A DNA stretch of 53,995 nt, counting the filler, from Jimgerdemannia flammicorona (taxonomy: Eukaryota): the NCBI GenBank assembly GCA_003990765.1. It is 3 parts of 3 records of this genome, joined end to end, with 100 filler letters (N's around TTAATTAATTAA, not from the genome) between each part and the next. Parts side by side here need not be neighbours in the genome. Positions count along the whole stretch, not along the records: positions 1 to 17,937 come from RBNJ01002359.1; 2 more parts are not named here. One strand, written 5' to 3'. A program made the translations under genes and the position numbers. Positions 1 through 12,139 of this stretch are shown piece after piece; positions within the stretch are counted from its first letter, which is position 1; each line of letters starts with the position of its first letter. The notes under the pieces were generated by a model. It saw only the letters and a list, made by a program, of their open reading frames with translations. It was not told the DNA's origin and searched no databases.

Positions 1-1109
1 GGAGACTCTGTGTGGATTACAGAAAACTCAACTCAGTCACTGAAAAGGATGCTTATCCTTTGCCCAGAATCGATGACCTTTTGGACCAGCTACAAGATGC
101 CAGATACTTCAGCAGTATGGACCTCTTTGCAGGATTCCATGAGATCCCCATGGACCCCAAGGACATTCAAAAGACAGCTTTCCTTGCTCTAGGAAAACTG
201 TTTGAATACCTCTGAATACCCTTTGGACTTTGCAATGCACCCCCCACCTTCCAGAGGATGATGAATTCAGTCTATGCCCCCTTGATCCACCACTGTTTGA
301 TTGTATACATGGATGATTCCAACATCTATTCAGCAAATTTCGAAGAACACCTGCACCACCTAGAGGAATTCTTCAAGCTCACCTGCAAGAATCACTTGAG
401 ACTGAATGCAAAGAAATGCTACTTTGGAAAACAGAAACTCGAATTCCTAAGATTTGTGGTTTCAAAAGAAAGAACTCATGCAGACCCAAAGAAAACCAAG
501 AAGATCAACAATTGGCCAGTACCCAAGACTCCAAAAGAAACACTATCATTCCTGATGCTAGTATCCTACTACAGAAGGTTCATCAAGGATTTTGCCCAAA
601 TCGCTGCCCCAATCCGAATCCTTCTCAAGAAAGGAATGACATTCAAGTGGACAGAATCACAGGAAAAAGCCTTCAGAGAACTCAAGAACTGGATGACTAC
701 AGCACCAATCCTTGTGCGCCCCAATCTGCAGAAGCCATTCATCTTGTATACAGATGCTTCCAAAGATGGCCTCGGAGCAGTTCTAGCCCAAGAAGGATCT
801 GACCAACAGCACCATATGATAGCTTATGCAAGCAGGGCTACCAATCAGCAGCAGATGAACTATGGTAGTACCAAACTGGAATGCCTTGCAGTAATATGGG
901 CAGTCACCCTGTTCAAGCATTACCTCATCGGAAAAAGGTTCACTCTGATTACAGACCATGCAGCCCTCAAATGGCTATTCAACTGCAAGGAACCTGCCGG
1001 AATTCTAGCCCGCTGGATCCTTATCCTTCAGGATTACAAAATCACCATCATTCACAAAGTAGGGAAAGCCCACAACAATGTTGATATACTTTCCTGCCAG
1101 CCCCAATGA
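1..1109 (+). pseudogene. pol: Reverse transcriptase-RNase H (family A)
   Basis: DYRKLN, YPLPRIDD, PFGLCNAP, YMDD (306-317), LYTDAS, TDHAAL; one in-frame TGA at 213-215 (likely from CGA). Confidence 0.95.
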
Positions 1110-2173
1110 ATCAGAGAAAGGGTGTCCCAAGGAACCACACCCTAAAGGAAGCTCCTCAGACCATCGAAGCACAGGAAGATCTTATCCAAAAAGAACATCA
1201 GAAAGCCCACCAAGGACAGACAAGTATAGAAGACAGAATTCGAAAACAATATCAACATTGGCCCCACCTCAGAACTCAAGTTCGGGACATCATTCAGAAA
1301 TGTGATACCTGCCAGAAGTACCAAGGAAAGAAGAACTATCAAGTCCCTCTGAAACCGATTCCCCCACCCACTCACATCTTTCAAAGATGGGAAGTAGATG
1401 TAATTGGACCTCTACCAGTTACACCAAGAAAAAACAAATACATCTTTATATTTGTAGAACATCTGACCAAGTGGCCCGAGGCTTTCCCAATGGAAATCGC
1501 AGATGCCTTAACCATTGTAGGCCTCCTCCATGGACTCACACTCAGATATGGACCTCCAGAAGAACTCATCTCTGACTGAGGCACAGAATTCATCAACAAT
1601 ATAATCACAAGTTATGCCTGAATTCACAAGATCCACCTCAAAAGGACCACATCATACCACCCTCAGACCAATGGCATGACAGAAAGAATGAACCAGACCA
1701 TCAAGAAAGGACTTGCCCAAGTCAACCCTACTAATTGGGACCTCTGCTTACCTGAGATCCTGTGGGAAATTCAAAATACCCCTGCTACTTCCACCAAACA
1801 AAAGCCATTCGAAATGATGTTTGCCAAGGAAACCAGAACTGCTGACCATGAGAATCTCGGAGACCTCCTCAAGAAGGCAGAACAGTTATGAAATCAAGCC
1901 CAAGGACAGATTATCAAAGCCCAGGAAAGACAAAAGAAGTACTATAACCAAAAACAGAAAGATCAGGAGATCAAGATTGGAGATTAAGTCTTAGTCTGGA
2001 GAAGCATGATTGAGACAAACTTTGCCGCCAAACTGGAACTAAAATGGGAAGGATCTTACCTTGTACACAATATCAGAGGAACCAGCATCTATTTAAGAAG
2101 CATGGATGGACGAACCCTGAGAACACCAGTACACATCAATTACCTCAAACTATATTTCCCCTCCACACCATGA
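1106..2173 (+). pseudogene. Stand-alone integrase ORF (family A)
   Basis: ATG overlaps the RH stop (ATGA); HQKAH...CDTC zinc finger, VDVIGP, ISD*GTEF, YHPQTNGMTER, KWEGSY; several CGA/CAA-type stops. Confidence 0.92.
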
Positions 2174-2685
2174 GCCAAAGGATTGATCAGTGCCTCCAGA
2201 CATTGGTCCTCAGCTCCTTCCAAGCCCTACCTGTTCCTCTACCCCAATTCGGCCAAGCCAATGGAAGCCCCCTTCAAAGGATCCAAGCTCATCAAGAAAA
2301 TCTCACCTTGGTCAGATGCCTACTACAAGTCCACCAACTGCAGGCCTATTATGCAATCGGTGAACAATTGCAGAACCTCCCAGCCTCAGAACAAACCTAT
2401 ATCAGAAATACTACAGGTCTGACCAGAAGAGACACTACTGCCGCAGACAGACTATACACCATTTATAAACGAAATATCACAGCCCTGATACAGGCACAAT
2501 TCTCCCTGAATGATATTCAAGGAATGAACCCTGTTACTTATCTGAGCATCATCAACTCTGTCGAAATCCTATTCCCTGAAGAAGAAGAAGAGCCCCTAGA
2601 ATGGAGTAATCCCAGTACAGACAATGAAGATGATGGAACAGGTATAGATACAGAAGCAGCCTATGCTTATTGGGATGATGACTGA
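2170..2685 (+). CDS. ORF3, 171-aa unknown protein with acidic tail, between IN and PPT
   Basis: Open frame; ATG overlaps the IN stop (ATGA 2170-2173); homologs at 13488-14007, 46480-46960 and 10438-11349. Confidence 0.8.
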   Translation: MSQRIDQCLQTLVLSSFQALPVPLPQFGQANGSPLQRIQAHQENLTLVRCLLQVHQLQAYYAIGEQLQNLPASEQTYIRNTTGLTRRDTTAADRLYTIYKRNITALIQAQFSLNDIQGMNPVTYLSIINSVEILFPEEEEEPLEWSNPSTDNEDDGTGIDTEAAYAYWDDD

Positions 2686-2712
2686 AGAATAGTCTGAGAC
2701 AGACTACTCTTC

Positions 2713-2724
2713 AGTGGGGGCTGA
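2713..2724 (+). promoter_or_regulatory. Polypurine tract
   Basis: agtgggggctga directly before the LTR TG; equivalent sequence in A2 at 13448-13459. Confidence 0.7.
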
Positions 2725-4043
2725 TGTGATAAGCCAAGATGTACCACCCAAATCATATCTTAACCAGATGACGCGAACAAGATGATGTGAATACTCAGCT
2801 TAGTAATCAGCAACTCTTGCTGCGGGAAACTGTATAAATAGCCAGACATACCAGAAAGGGTCTGTTTACCTGTACAGACTCTGTACACCGTACAGACTCT
2901 ATACACTGTACAGGTCCTGTACACCATACAGACTCTGTACACCTGCCATAAGTAGCAGATCTATAGTTAGCCACATAGTAACCAGGTAGCAACCAACTTG
3001 TATAAATTACCCCAGAGGCGAGAGTGAATAAAAACCTCAGTCCGAAATACAAACACCAAAGAAGTCTCTAAAGATTGGGCATTGGTCCCCTTTCCACTCT
3101 GGTCCACTTTCCGATATAAAGAAGAGCCTGATACATTTTTGGTTCGCTTGCCAGATAAGCCTGAAGAATTCGAGTTTGCTGTCTAAGTTCAAGGAAGAAC
3201 TTCGCTGCCTTTGGAATTATTGTTATTGGTTTGCTTGCCAGATAAGCCTGAAGATTTCTGCTACCTTTCTTGCCACAAGCCAGTCTTTCTGATGCAACTT
3301 TGCAGTGGAGCCAGTCTACGATGTAACCCCATGCAAACGAAGCCAGTCTTTGACATAACTTGCCAAGAATCCGAGTAGTATTCCCAGTTGAAGCCGATTC
3401 AGGAAGAATCCATGCCACTCGAGTTATCCGAGTTATCCGAGTTATCCAAGTTATCCGCCGTTTCTAAGTTATCCGCTATATTCCCAGTTAAAGCCGCCGT
3501 TTTCAAGAAGTCCGCCGATTCGGGAAGGATCCGCATCATCCACCATTTCCAAGTTATCTGCATTCCCAGAAGAGCCTGATTTGTGCCTTCCGAGTTATCT
3601 GTTATTCCCAGTGAGCCTAGGAAGAATCCACGCCATATGATTCCCAGTGAGCCAAATCGAGTTATCTGCCAAATTATTAGAACGTCCCGCATAAGGAAAC
3701 TGCCATGCTACACAGAGATCATCACGCAGAAATTGCATAAGGAGAACCGCTAGATTGCCAGACCATCACACCCAGAGATTGCATACTTTTGGAGATTGTC
3801 ATGCTACACAAATTGTACCATTCCCAGTTGACCCAAGAAGGAAGCCCATTCACACACAAATCGCCACTACACCCAGAGAACCATCCCAAAAAGGAAACCA
3901 CTTGCACAGTATCCAGATCTTGACTATTATACTGCTAAACACTAAGAACATTTTGTTGCTTTTAACAAAGTAACTGGGGGCTCAAGCCAAACTACATCAA
4001 CCCCCAACCTTGTAATTTGCCTCCATTGAGCTGGCACGTTATA
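2725..4043 (+). repeat. Family A 3' LTR (about 1.3 kb) with internal 18-bp and 9-bp tandem repeats
   Basis: tgtgat...gttata (CA decayed to TA); both ends match A2 LTR 12140-13447 and the right end matches 48713; AATAAA near 3027. Confidence 0.85.
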
Positions 4044-7000
4044 ATAGGTTTATGGTACTTCTTGAGTCTGTTTCTATATACTATAGTAGGCAGTACATAT
4101 GGTCTCTGAGAGTTTTCTAAGCCAAAAGATAGTTCTCTTGATATATTATACATAGAAGAGTTCTTTCTATTTGGACTCCAGTTTTCATAACTGTAAGACT
4201 TCTACCATATTTTGATAAAGTAAGACCTTTTCTCTGATTTGAATGAGTTTTAAGGTCTTGTAATTCTTTTCTGTATTCTTTCTTATTAAAACTTATAACT
4301 TGGTAATATAATCTTCTGTCTTCTTCCTGATTTAGTATAGTCTTCAGATTTCTGAGTCAATCTATCACTAAGTTAGGTCTAGATTTATAGCTAAGGTTTT
4401 ATCAGAATCTTCTTCTCTGAAGAGCAGTTCTCTTAGGGTAAAGTATATACTCTGTGACTATATATCTTATAGGACAGAGAGGGCAGTTGAGAGGTAGTTA
4501 TCCCAAATTCTCATATATGTCTAAGATCTTGGCCAGAATTTTCTTGAGGGTCTTGTTTGTTCTTTCTATCTGTCTATTTTCTTGAGAATGATATATAGTA
4601 GTCTTGATATACTGAATCATGTATTTCTGATACATTATCTTATAGAATCTGTTGACAAATTCTATACAGTGGTCTGTAGTGATTTACCTTAGTATCTTAT
4701 AGTGGCAGATAATTTCTTGATATAGGAAGTCAGCAATAGAGAGAGTATTGACTTCTTGTAATGCTCCTGCTTCAATCCATTTAGTAAAGAGATCTACAAT
4801 AACTATAATATAGTAGTTTCCTAATAGAGTTACTGGTAGTGGTCAAATGATATCTATTACAATGTGGTGAAAGGAGATATATTCAATTCTTAATAAATTA
4901 GATATCTGGTCTCACTGATCTTATTTCTATTTTTGACACTTATCATACCCTTTAACAAATTGACATAGGTCTTCTTCTATCTTAGGCCACTATATAGTTC
5001 TTCTTACCTTATCATATATTGGTTCCTCTTAAGTATCCTTGTTCATATACTTCCTTTATTACTTGATACTTCTTATATTCAGATATAATGAGCTTTTCTC
5101 CTTTTATAAGTATGGTATTATCTAGTTCAAATTGTTTTTAAGTCTGGTTGATGATGGTGATAGTCAAGAGTTTGAGATGGTTGGATATCTTCTACTGCCC
5201 AAGATAACTAATTAATCTATAGTATAACTTCTTATTCATATTGAATAGTCTTGATGAGAGTATTTTGGAGTATTCTTGAGAGTGCATCAGTATTGGTATT
5301 AGTTCTTTCTGGATAGTATTTGATTGTACAGTTATACTCTTGCAGTCTGTAGATCTATCTAATATATATTTCTTTGGAGTTCAGAGTGTGGAATAGCTAG
5401 ATGAGAGCAGAATGGTCTGTTTGAATAGTGAAGTATTTTCCAGCTAGATAGTAGTAGAACTTATCTACTGCCCAGACTACTGCTAAGTATTTAAGCTTAG
5501 TAACTCATAGTTCTGTTCTACTCCATGGATACCTCAGCTTATATAAGATATAAGATATTTATATCTATCTTTCTTCTAAGCTAGAACTGCTCCAAGTCCT
5601 ATAGCACTTACATCTATCTGCAGAATGAACTCTAGGTTCCAATCTGGTCTTCTGAGGATAGGTGCTTGGGTCAACTTAGTCTTGAGTTTATTGAAGATTT
5701 CTTAATATTCCTTGGTCTATTCAAACTTAATCTTCTTCTTCAGTAGCTCATAGATAAATACTATAATGTTAGATTATCTTTTGATGAATCTCCTATAGTG
5801 AGAGGTCAGTCCAAAGAAGACATGGACTTCTATAGTTGTTCTGGGTCTTGGGTAGACTGCAATAGTCTCAATCTTCATAGAGTCTGAATAAATTCCTATC
5901 TAATTGATGATATATCCTAGGTAGGCAATTTCTTGAGCTACAAATGTATATTTCTTGGACTTGATGTAGAGACCATACTCCTTGAACTTCTTAAGAGCTA
6001 GCTGTATATGGTTGATATATTTCTATATAGTATTGCTAAAGAAGATTACATCATCAATATAGACAAAGAGCTATTTTCCAATTTCATTACTGAAGACTTT
6101 ATTCATCATTTGCTAAAAACTTGCTGAAGCATTGCACATTCCAAATGGTATTCATAGGTAGACATAGGTGATATCAGATATGATGAAGGCTGATTTCTCA
6201 CTGGTATCTTGAGTAAGACTGATCTGATAGAAGCCTGAGAACAGATCCAAGGTAGTGTAGTATTTGGCTTCACTTCTAAGTAGTGCTCTAAATAAGTTAA
6301 TCTGGATAGGATTCAAATCTCATCTGGATCAACTCAGATGAGATTTGAATCCCATCTAGATCAATTTGAATCAACCATTATTTTGATTTCCAAATTAGAC
6401 AATTAAATGTTTATATCAATAACTTGATGAATAATCATCCAAATTTGATGATCTTGGAGTCATTTGAAAGCCTTTAATAAGGCCATTCTAATGATATCAA
6501 GATCATTGAAATTGGATTATATATTGTCGAGATATTAAGGAAAACATTCTTTTGATGTAATTTCCAAAATTGATAAGTCAAATAATTTTCAAAATCAGTA
6601 AGTCCAATGTTTTCCTTAATAACTCAGCAATATATAGTCTGATTTTAATAATCTTGATATCATTAGAAAGGCCTTATTATGGGCCTTCAAATGATACTAA
6701 GATTATTAAATTTGGATGATTATTCATCAAGTTATTAATGTAAACATTTAATTATCTAATTTGGAAATTAAAACAATGGTCAATCTGGATGGGATTCAAT
6801 CTGAATCAATCCAAATTCAATCCAGATTAAATTGACTCATTAGGAGTACTACTTCCAAAAGTGGTAGAGATTTCTTGAATATTTAGCAAGAGCTGTCTAT
6901 CCTTCTTAGTAATTGTATTGAGCTTCTTGTAATCAACAGAGTCTTGGAGCAAACTCTCCAGGCTTGCTTTCTTTCTTTGAGGTAAGAATAATAAATGAAG

Positions 7001-10000
7001 CCCAGGGGCTGATAGCTTGCTTGATGATACCAGCTTCTTCTATTTTCTTGAGTTCTGCTTGTAGCTATTCTCTATAGACAGATAGTATAGATCTGACTTT
7101 CTGATAGATGGGCTTGGTATTACTGGTATCAACTTCATAGTAGTACTTGGGTTCTTAATTGTAGATATCCCTAAAGTCTGTAGTAAGTACTTCTTTATTC
7201 TGGTATAGGATCTTGAAAAGTTGTTCTTCTAGAGGAAAGTTTTCTCCAATAGTATATATATGCTTGTTCTGATTCTTGTCTTTCTTGTACTCAAGTTCAG
7301 TAATCTTAGTAATAGTATAGGCTCCTCTTCTAGTAGATCCAAAGTCTTGTTTTTCTCTCTTAGTCTTGATAAGTTCAATGGCTTCAGTGATCTTAGGCTT
7401 CTTAACTTCATAGATCAGCATCTGACCAATCCTGTCATGCTTCATAACTTCGAATGAGGTGGTGGGGTTGTGATTTCTGACTATAAGAAAGATCTCACTA
7501 TATAATCAGAGTCAATGACTCCTTTTTTAACTAAGATTTCACTCTTGGCCAGACTGCTTCTGGTCTTAATAATTCTGATATAGTTCTCTGGTAACTTGAC
7601 TCTAATTCTAGTATCAAGTAGAGTGGTGGCCTGTAGTTCAAGGATAGTATCTCAAATACTGATAAGGTTCATTTCTACAGCTCCTTCAGTCTTATATTCT
7701 AGGATCTTAGCTTTGGGGTAAAACTTCTTAACCTTAAGAGTGATATCTAGTTCTTGTTTCTCCTCATCATCACTATTAGCTTGAAGCTCTGGGGGCTGGT
7801 CATATTATTCAGTTTTATTTTTTGCTTCAGCTGCTTCTTACTCATATCTTTATTGACAGATTTTTCTAACTTCACTGATATTAGACCAGTAGTCATTTAG
7901 GTGTTCAGAGCAGTATATTCAAATATCATAGAGGTATCTTTCTTAAAGGACATAGCTATCAATGATCTTGTTATACTACTGCTCATCTGTGAGCTTAGTT
8001 GTCTTACTCTTATTCTTATATACTAAGTATATGAAGACTTCTGTGTTCTATTTATCTCCTTCCTCTATATCTGATAGTACTTCTTTGTGGACATTAATAA
8101 AGACTCATACTTTTCTTTCTCTATAGTTGATCTATATCTTCTAGACATTGAGGTCAATAATAGCCTTGATCTTATGAAGCCATTAGTTATCAATAAGAAT
8201 GTCATAGTTAGTAGAACTCATAATAATTACATCTACTAGGATAATAGCTCCTCTAATCTTGATAGAGACTCTTTGATCTTACCTAGGAGAGTAGCTCATA
8301 TATCATCTGCTATAATATAGACTATTCTGGTGGATTCTTCAATATTCCAGCCTAAGCAGTCAATTGCTTTCTTACTTATGAGACATCCTTCAGCACTGGT
8401 ATCAATAATAGCATTAAAGATACAATCTTCAATCTGATATTAAGTATAGGCTGAGGTCTTGTACTGATCTTCAGATTCTTCATCTGAGTCTTCTTATTCA
8501 TCTTCTTATATATTATGAGCTTCTATTATCTTGTACTCTTAGTTTTTAATAGTAGTTGCAAGTTCTGCTCTCAACTACTGTCTGAAGGCAGAGACTTCTG
8601 CTAGTTGTTCAAAAGTAGCATTGACCTTCTGTTCCTTAAGGTCCTTATAGATATCATATTAATAAATCTTAGTCTTACACAGCTTCTGTTCTTTCTTATT
8701 TTCACTTTCTTCTGAGACTAGAGTAGTGTCTTCAATAATTTGATAGATAGCTTTATCTAACTCAATGTCTTGATCAATCTTCTCAGGTTGGGTCTTACTT
8801 TGAATAATGATAATTGGGGTCTTTTTTGGTCTTTCAACTGGCTTGCTATTGCTCTTCTTATCATAGGGCTTGGATTTGGTTCTGGTAACTTTAGTAATAG
8901 GATAGAATTCAGACTCCTTATAGTATTTTTCATCATCAGTATCACCAACCTCCTCAATGACTACTGTATTGATTTGTTCTCTAGTTCTGAAAGTATTACT
9001 TAGTTGGGCTCTATGCCTTATTTTGGTCATGCAATTCTTTACATAGTGGCCTTCTTCTTCACATTTAAAGTATATAATAGTGTGTTTCTCTATAGTAGCT
9101 ACAAACTTCTGTACTGATCTCCTGTTGGTACTTTATACTTCTCTAACAACATCATTAAGGTGTGTAGTCATCTTAGCAAACTACTGGGCAAGTTCCTCCA
9201 CTGGGTCAGCTTTGGCCATCTTGGAGGTAGGCGGGAATAGTTGTCTGTTGAGGTATGATACTAGTTGGCTTTAGTGACTCTATCTTGATACTAGTTATCC
9301 TTTTTATTGAGTATTCAGTAGAGTGTCTGACAGTCCAATATCTCTGTATAAAAACCACTTTCTGGTCAAGGGTCAGAGCAGCTAGAGTAGACTGAATTGC
9401 TAGGGCAATTTTATAGTAGACTCTTTGAATCAGCTATCTATTCTTTGAGGATATCATTATAGCTAGCTAAGATAATCTAGTAGCAGATTCAAGTATAGAA
9501 TGAGTTGGGGTCTTCATTAAGTCCTTAGCAGATAGTATTAAGTTGATCTTTGAGAGCTTACTTAATCTGTTCAGTATAGTATATAGTTCTGAGGAAGTTC
9601 TTTATATTGGTGAGTTTGGCTGTACTATTGTTGACAATGGTGGCTATATCGAACTTATCTTTGATAGGTCCTCTGAGGCTGACAGGTAGAAGGACCAATT
9701 GTACTTCAATACTGAGAGCTTATATAGTGGCAAATTATTCAAAGTCTTCAATGAAGGTCAATATTGACTCTTCAGTAGTAAATTCATAGAATGTGTTAAG
9801 ATATATTTCTATCTTATCTTGAATTCTTGCAGAAGGTAACTCTTGAAGTCAGGGTAGTTATTGTAGTTATTATTCATTATTCAGCTTAAAAGTAAGGGAT
9901 CCTAATAGTATTACTAGCTAATGGGCACCAAATTGTTACATAGTGAGTACTAAGTTCTCTAAGTATATCAGATTCTCTTCAAGATGTATCTCTTAGACCA

Positions 10001-10429
10001 ACCATAAGTTTCTTATAAGTAAGTTCTATTGGAGTACTTTTCCAAAGTCTTATAGTTCTCAACTTCTTATCTTTAAACTATTTTATTATCTCTTAGATTT
10101 ACTTGTGTAAAATTGAGTAGAGGATAGAAACTTTTATACTCTTCAGTAGTTGAGTACTTGAATACTTGAGTGTTTTAATACTGACTTTATTTCAAAGAAA
10201 ATGAGAGAGGTATTTATATAGAATATAATTCAATAATTGCTAATATATAAAGCTAAATATAAAATCCAATAACCAAATAAGATATTTGAATTCAGAAAAC
10301 TTCTGATTGTAAGTATAAATTTGAGTACTCATATAATTGATTGCACAAGATCAGAATGCTGGAATAATTTCTAATAGCTACATAAGGTCAAAATTTCAGA
10401 ATATTCAAGTATTCAAACAAATAGTTATA
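4044..10429 (-). mobile_element. Ty3/gypsy family B, copy B2 (heavily decayed; 5' LTR about 9934-10429, PBS 9914-9930, gag-PR-dUTPase-RT-RH, IN)
   Basis: Colinear with 41170-46400; zinc knuckle about 9030-9072; protease IDTSA about 8400; dUTPase about 7335-7740; YIDD about 6050. The far LTR end is uncertain. Confidence 0.9.
6281..6851. mobile_element. Foldback MITE, probably hAT-derived, inserted in the B2 RT
   Basis: Termini tagtgctc/gagtacta; arms about 6372-6548 and 6606-6781 are reverse complements; 8-bp TSD cttctaag (6273-6280) / cttccaaa (6852-6859); RT homology resumes on both sides. Confidence 0.85.
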
Positions 10430-10437
10430 CAAACAAA

Positions 10438-11349
10438 TTAGAGTAGAATGTTCAGAATTCTGGGGGCTTTGTCTTCATCACTATCATCAAGGCTAGAGGT
10501 TAGAGATAGGATGTCTTCAAAGGAAATAAGGTCAGCAAACATTTTTGTTTCATTCATTTCATGTGTGTTGATTAGTGAAATGATATCATTACCAGTGATA
10601 TCATCATGTTTAATAGTAGTGGGAAGAAGATCAGAGGCTCTCTAATTTATGATATTTTCCTCTACAAAGTAGGAGATAAAGATGGGATCTTGAGAGGGTC
10701 TGACCTAGATACTGAGGCCTTAGAATACTGAGATTAATTCTTACATAAATTGATCTAGATTGTTCTCAAGAATAGAATTCCAGAACTCTTCTATCTCATC
10801 ACTTTTGAGAGTAATAGTGGATTGAGCTTCTGTGGCCACTATGGCTTCTAGTGTATCTGTGTGGTAAACTGATAATTTATTGAAGTCTGAGACTCTAGTA
10901 TACTCTAAGTTGGGAAATGGCTAAGGTATATATCTGAAGATTTAATGGATCTTTTTAGCTACTCTCAATTTATATATATCTATAGGAGTGATATCTTATA
11001 TCTCTTGGGAACTGGTCTGAATAAATTCCTAGCAGAGGCAGTTTCCTATTTTATATTCCTACTACATCTAGAGATATTCAGTAGTAGTAGTGATCCTTGT
11101 CTCTATTTCACAGTGGTAGAGAGTAAAGTGGTAAGAGATACCAGTGTCCAAGTTGAGGCTTGAGATCTTTCTGGTATAGATTCTCATAGCTCTCCTATAT
11201 AATATCTTGAAACATTCTTTCTTAAACTGAGAAGTCTTGGTGATTTCTGAATATTGTGATTTGGCAAGTGGTAGGTATTTTATTTATAGTAAGTCTTTTG
11301 AACTATTTCAGATTTTTGTAAGTCTTATTGAAGTTGCTGCTACTGTCAT
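10438..11349 (-). pseudogene. Decayed ORF3 homolog (about 303 codons) from a third gypsy family, preceded by an IN C-terminal remnant
   Basis: Manual translation: *EYKIGNCL...RVAKKIH*IFR...RVSDFNKL with an acidic tail; upstream HLKEYKRRTRK* overlaps its ATG as ATGA. Confidence 0.7.
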
Positions 11350-12139
11350 TTCCTAGTCCTTCTTTTATATTCCTTGAGATGTCTATCTTATAGTTATCAT
11401 GACTTATAATTAGTTATCATTACTTATCTTACAGTCTGAGTAAGTTATGCTATATAATCTTCAAGTACTCCAATTTGGTAGCTTATATACATATAAGAAA
11501 AAACTGTCTTCTGTAATAATATCACCATTTTGAGATCATTATTATAATATATACCTATTTTTAAAATATATTTGAGTTTATAATATACTATTATAAACAT
11601 ATACTAAAATTTATGGATCTCTGGTAAATATACTTAGAACTGAATTATTTTTTTATAATGCTACTTAAATAAAGCTTGACTTATTTTCTTCAGAAATTCT
11701 TTAAGACTACTTAAACCTATAAATATCTCTTTAAGTCACTTTAGACCTATTAGAACTTTTCTAATTTAGCTACTTTCTCTTAAAAAAAACTAGAATAATT
11801 ATACTTAGTAGTAGTGATAAAGTTATATCTTATCTTATTAAGAAATCTTATACAAATTTAAAAACTAGCCACAAATTAGTCATATAAATACAAAATAAAT
11901 ACTAAAGAATCAGTCAATTATTCAGACTTCTCTATAATAGAAAAGATAGATCCAGAACTTCAGATTAATCTAGAGAAGATGATTACTATAATAGTACACT
12001 AGATCTAAAATTTATAAGTATAACTAGAATAATAAAAAGTAAGTAATATAGCTATAGCAGCCCACTTTACAATTATATCTATTAGTTTCAAATTACTCAA
12101 ATTAGATATTTTTGAGGATTATTAAGGAGAACTGTCTAC

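Larger units (their letters stand above)
1..4043 (+). mobile_element. Ty3/gypsy LTR retrotransposon family A, copy A1 (3' part: RT-RH, IN, ORF3, PPT, 3' LTR)
   Basis: RT-RNase H-IN order; purine tract followed by TG at 2725; homology along its length to the reverse copy at 12140-16200. Confidence 0.95.

Noticed and set aside
2044..2169. Upstream start for the 213-aa ORF3 call
   Set aside because: This part overlaps the IN C-terminus out of frame; the ATG conserved in A2 corresponds to 2170.
2170..2685. ORF3 as an env gene
   Set aside because: Too short, with no evident signal peptide, transmembrane helix or furin site.
2871..2943. Short periodic repeats as a possible CRISPR array
   Set aside because: No unique spacers, no cas genes, and located inside a eukaryotic LTR.
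3068..3692. Antisense ORFs (116 and 97 aa) within the family A LTR
   Set aside because: Built on internal repeats; the frame is not maintained in the A2 LTR.
11460..12139. AT-rich stretch as a possible DNA-transposase remnant
   Set aside because: Too degenerate; no motif could be supported by eye.
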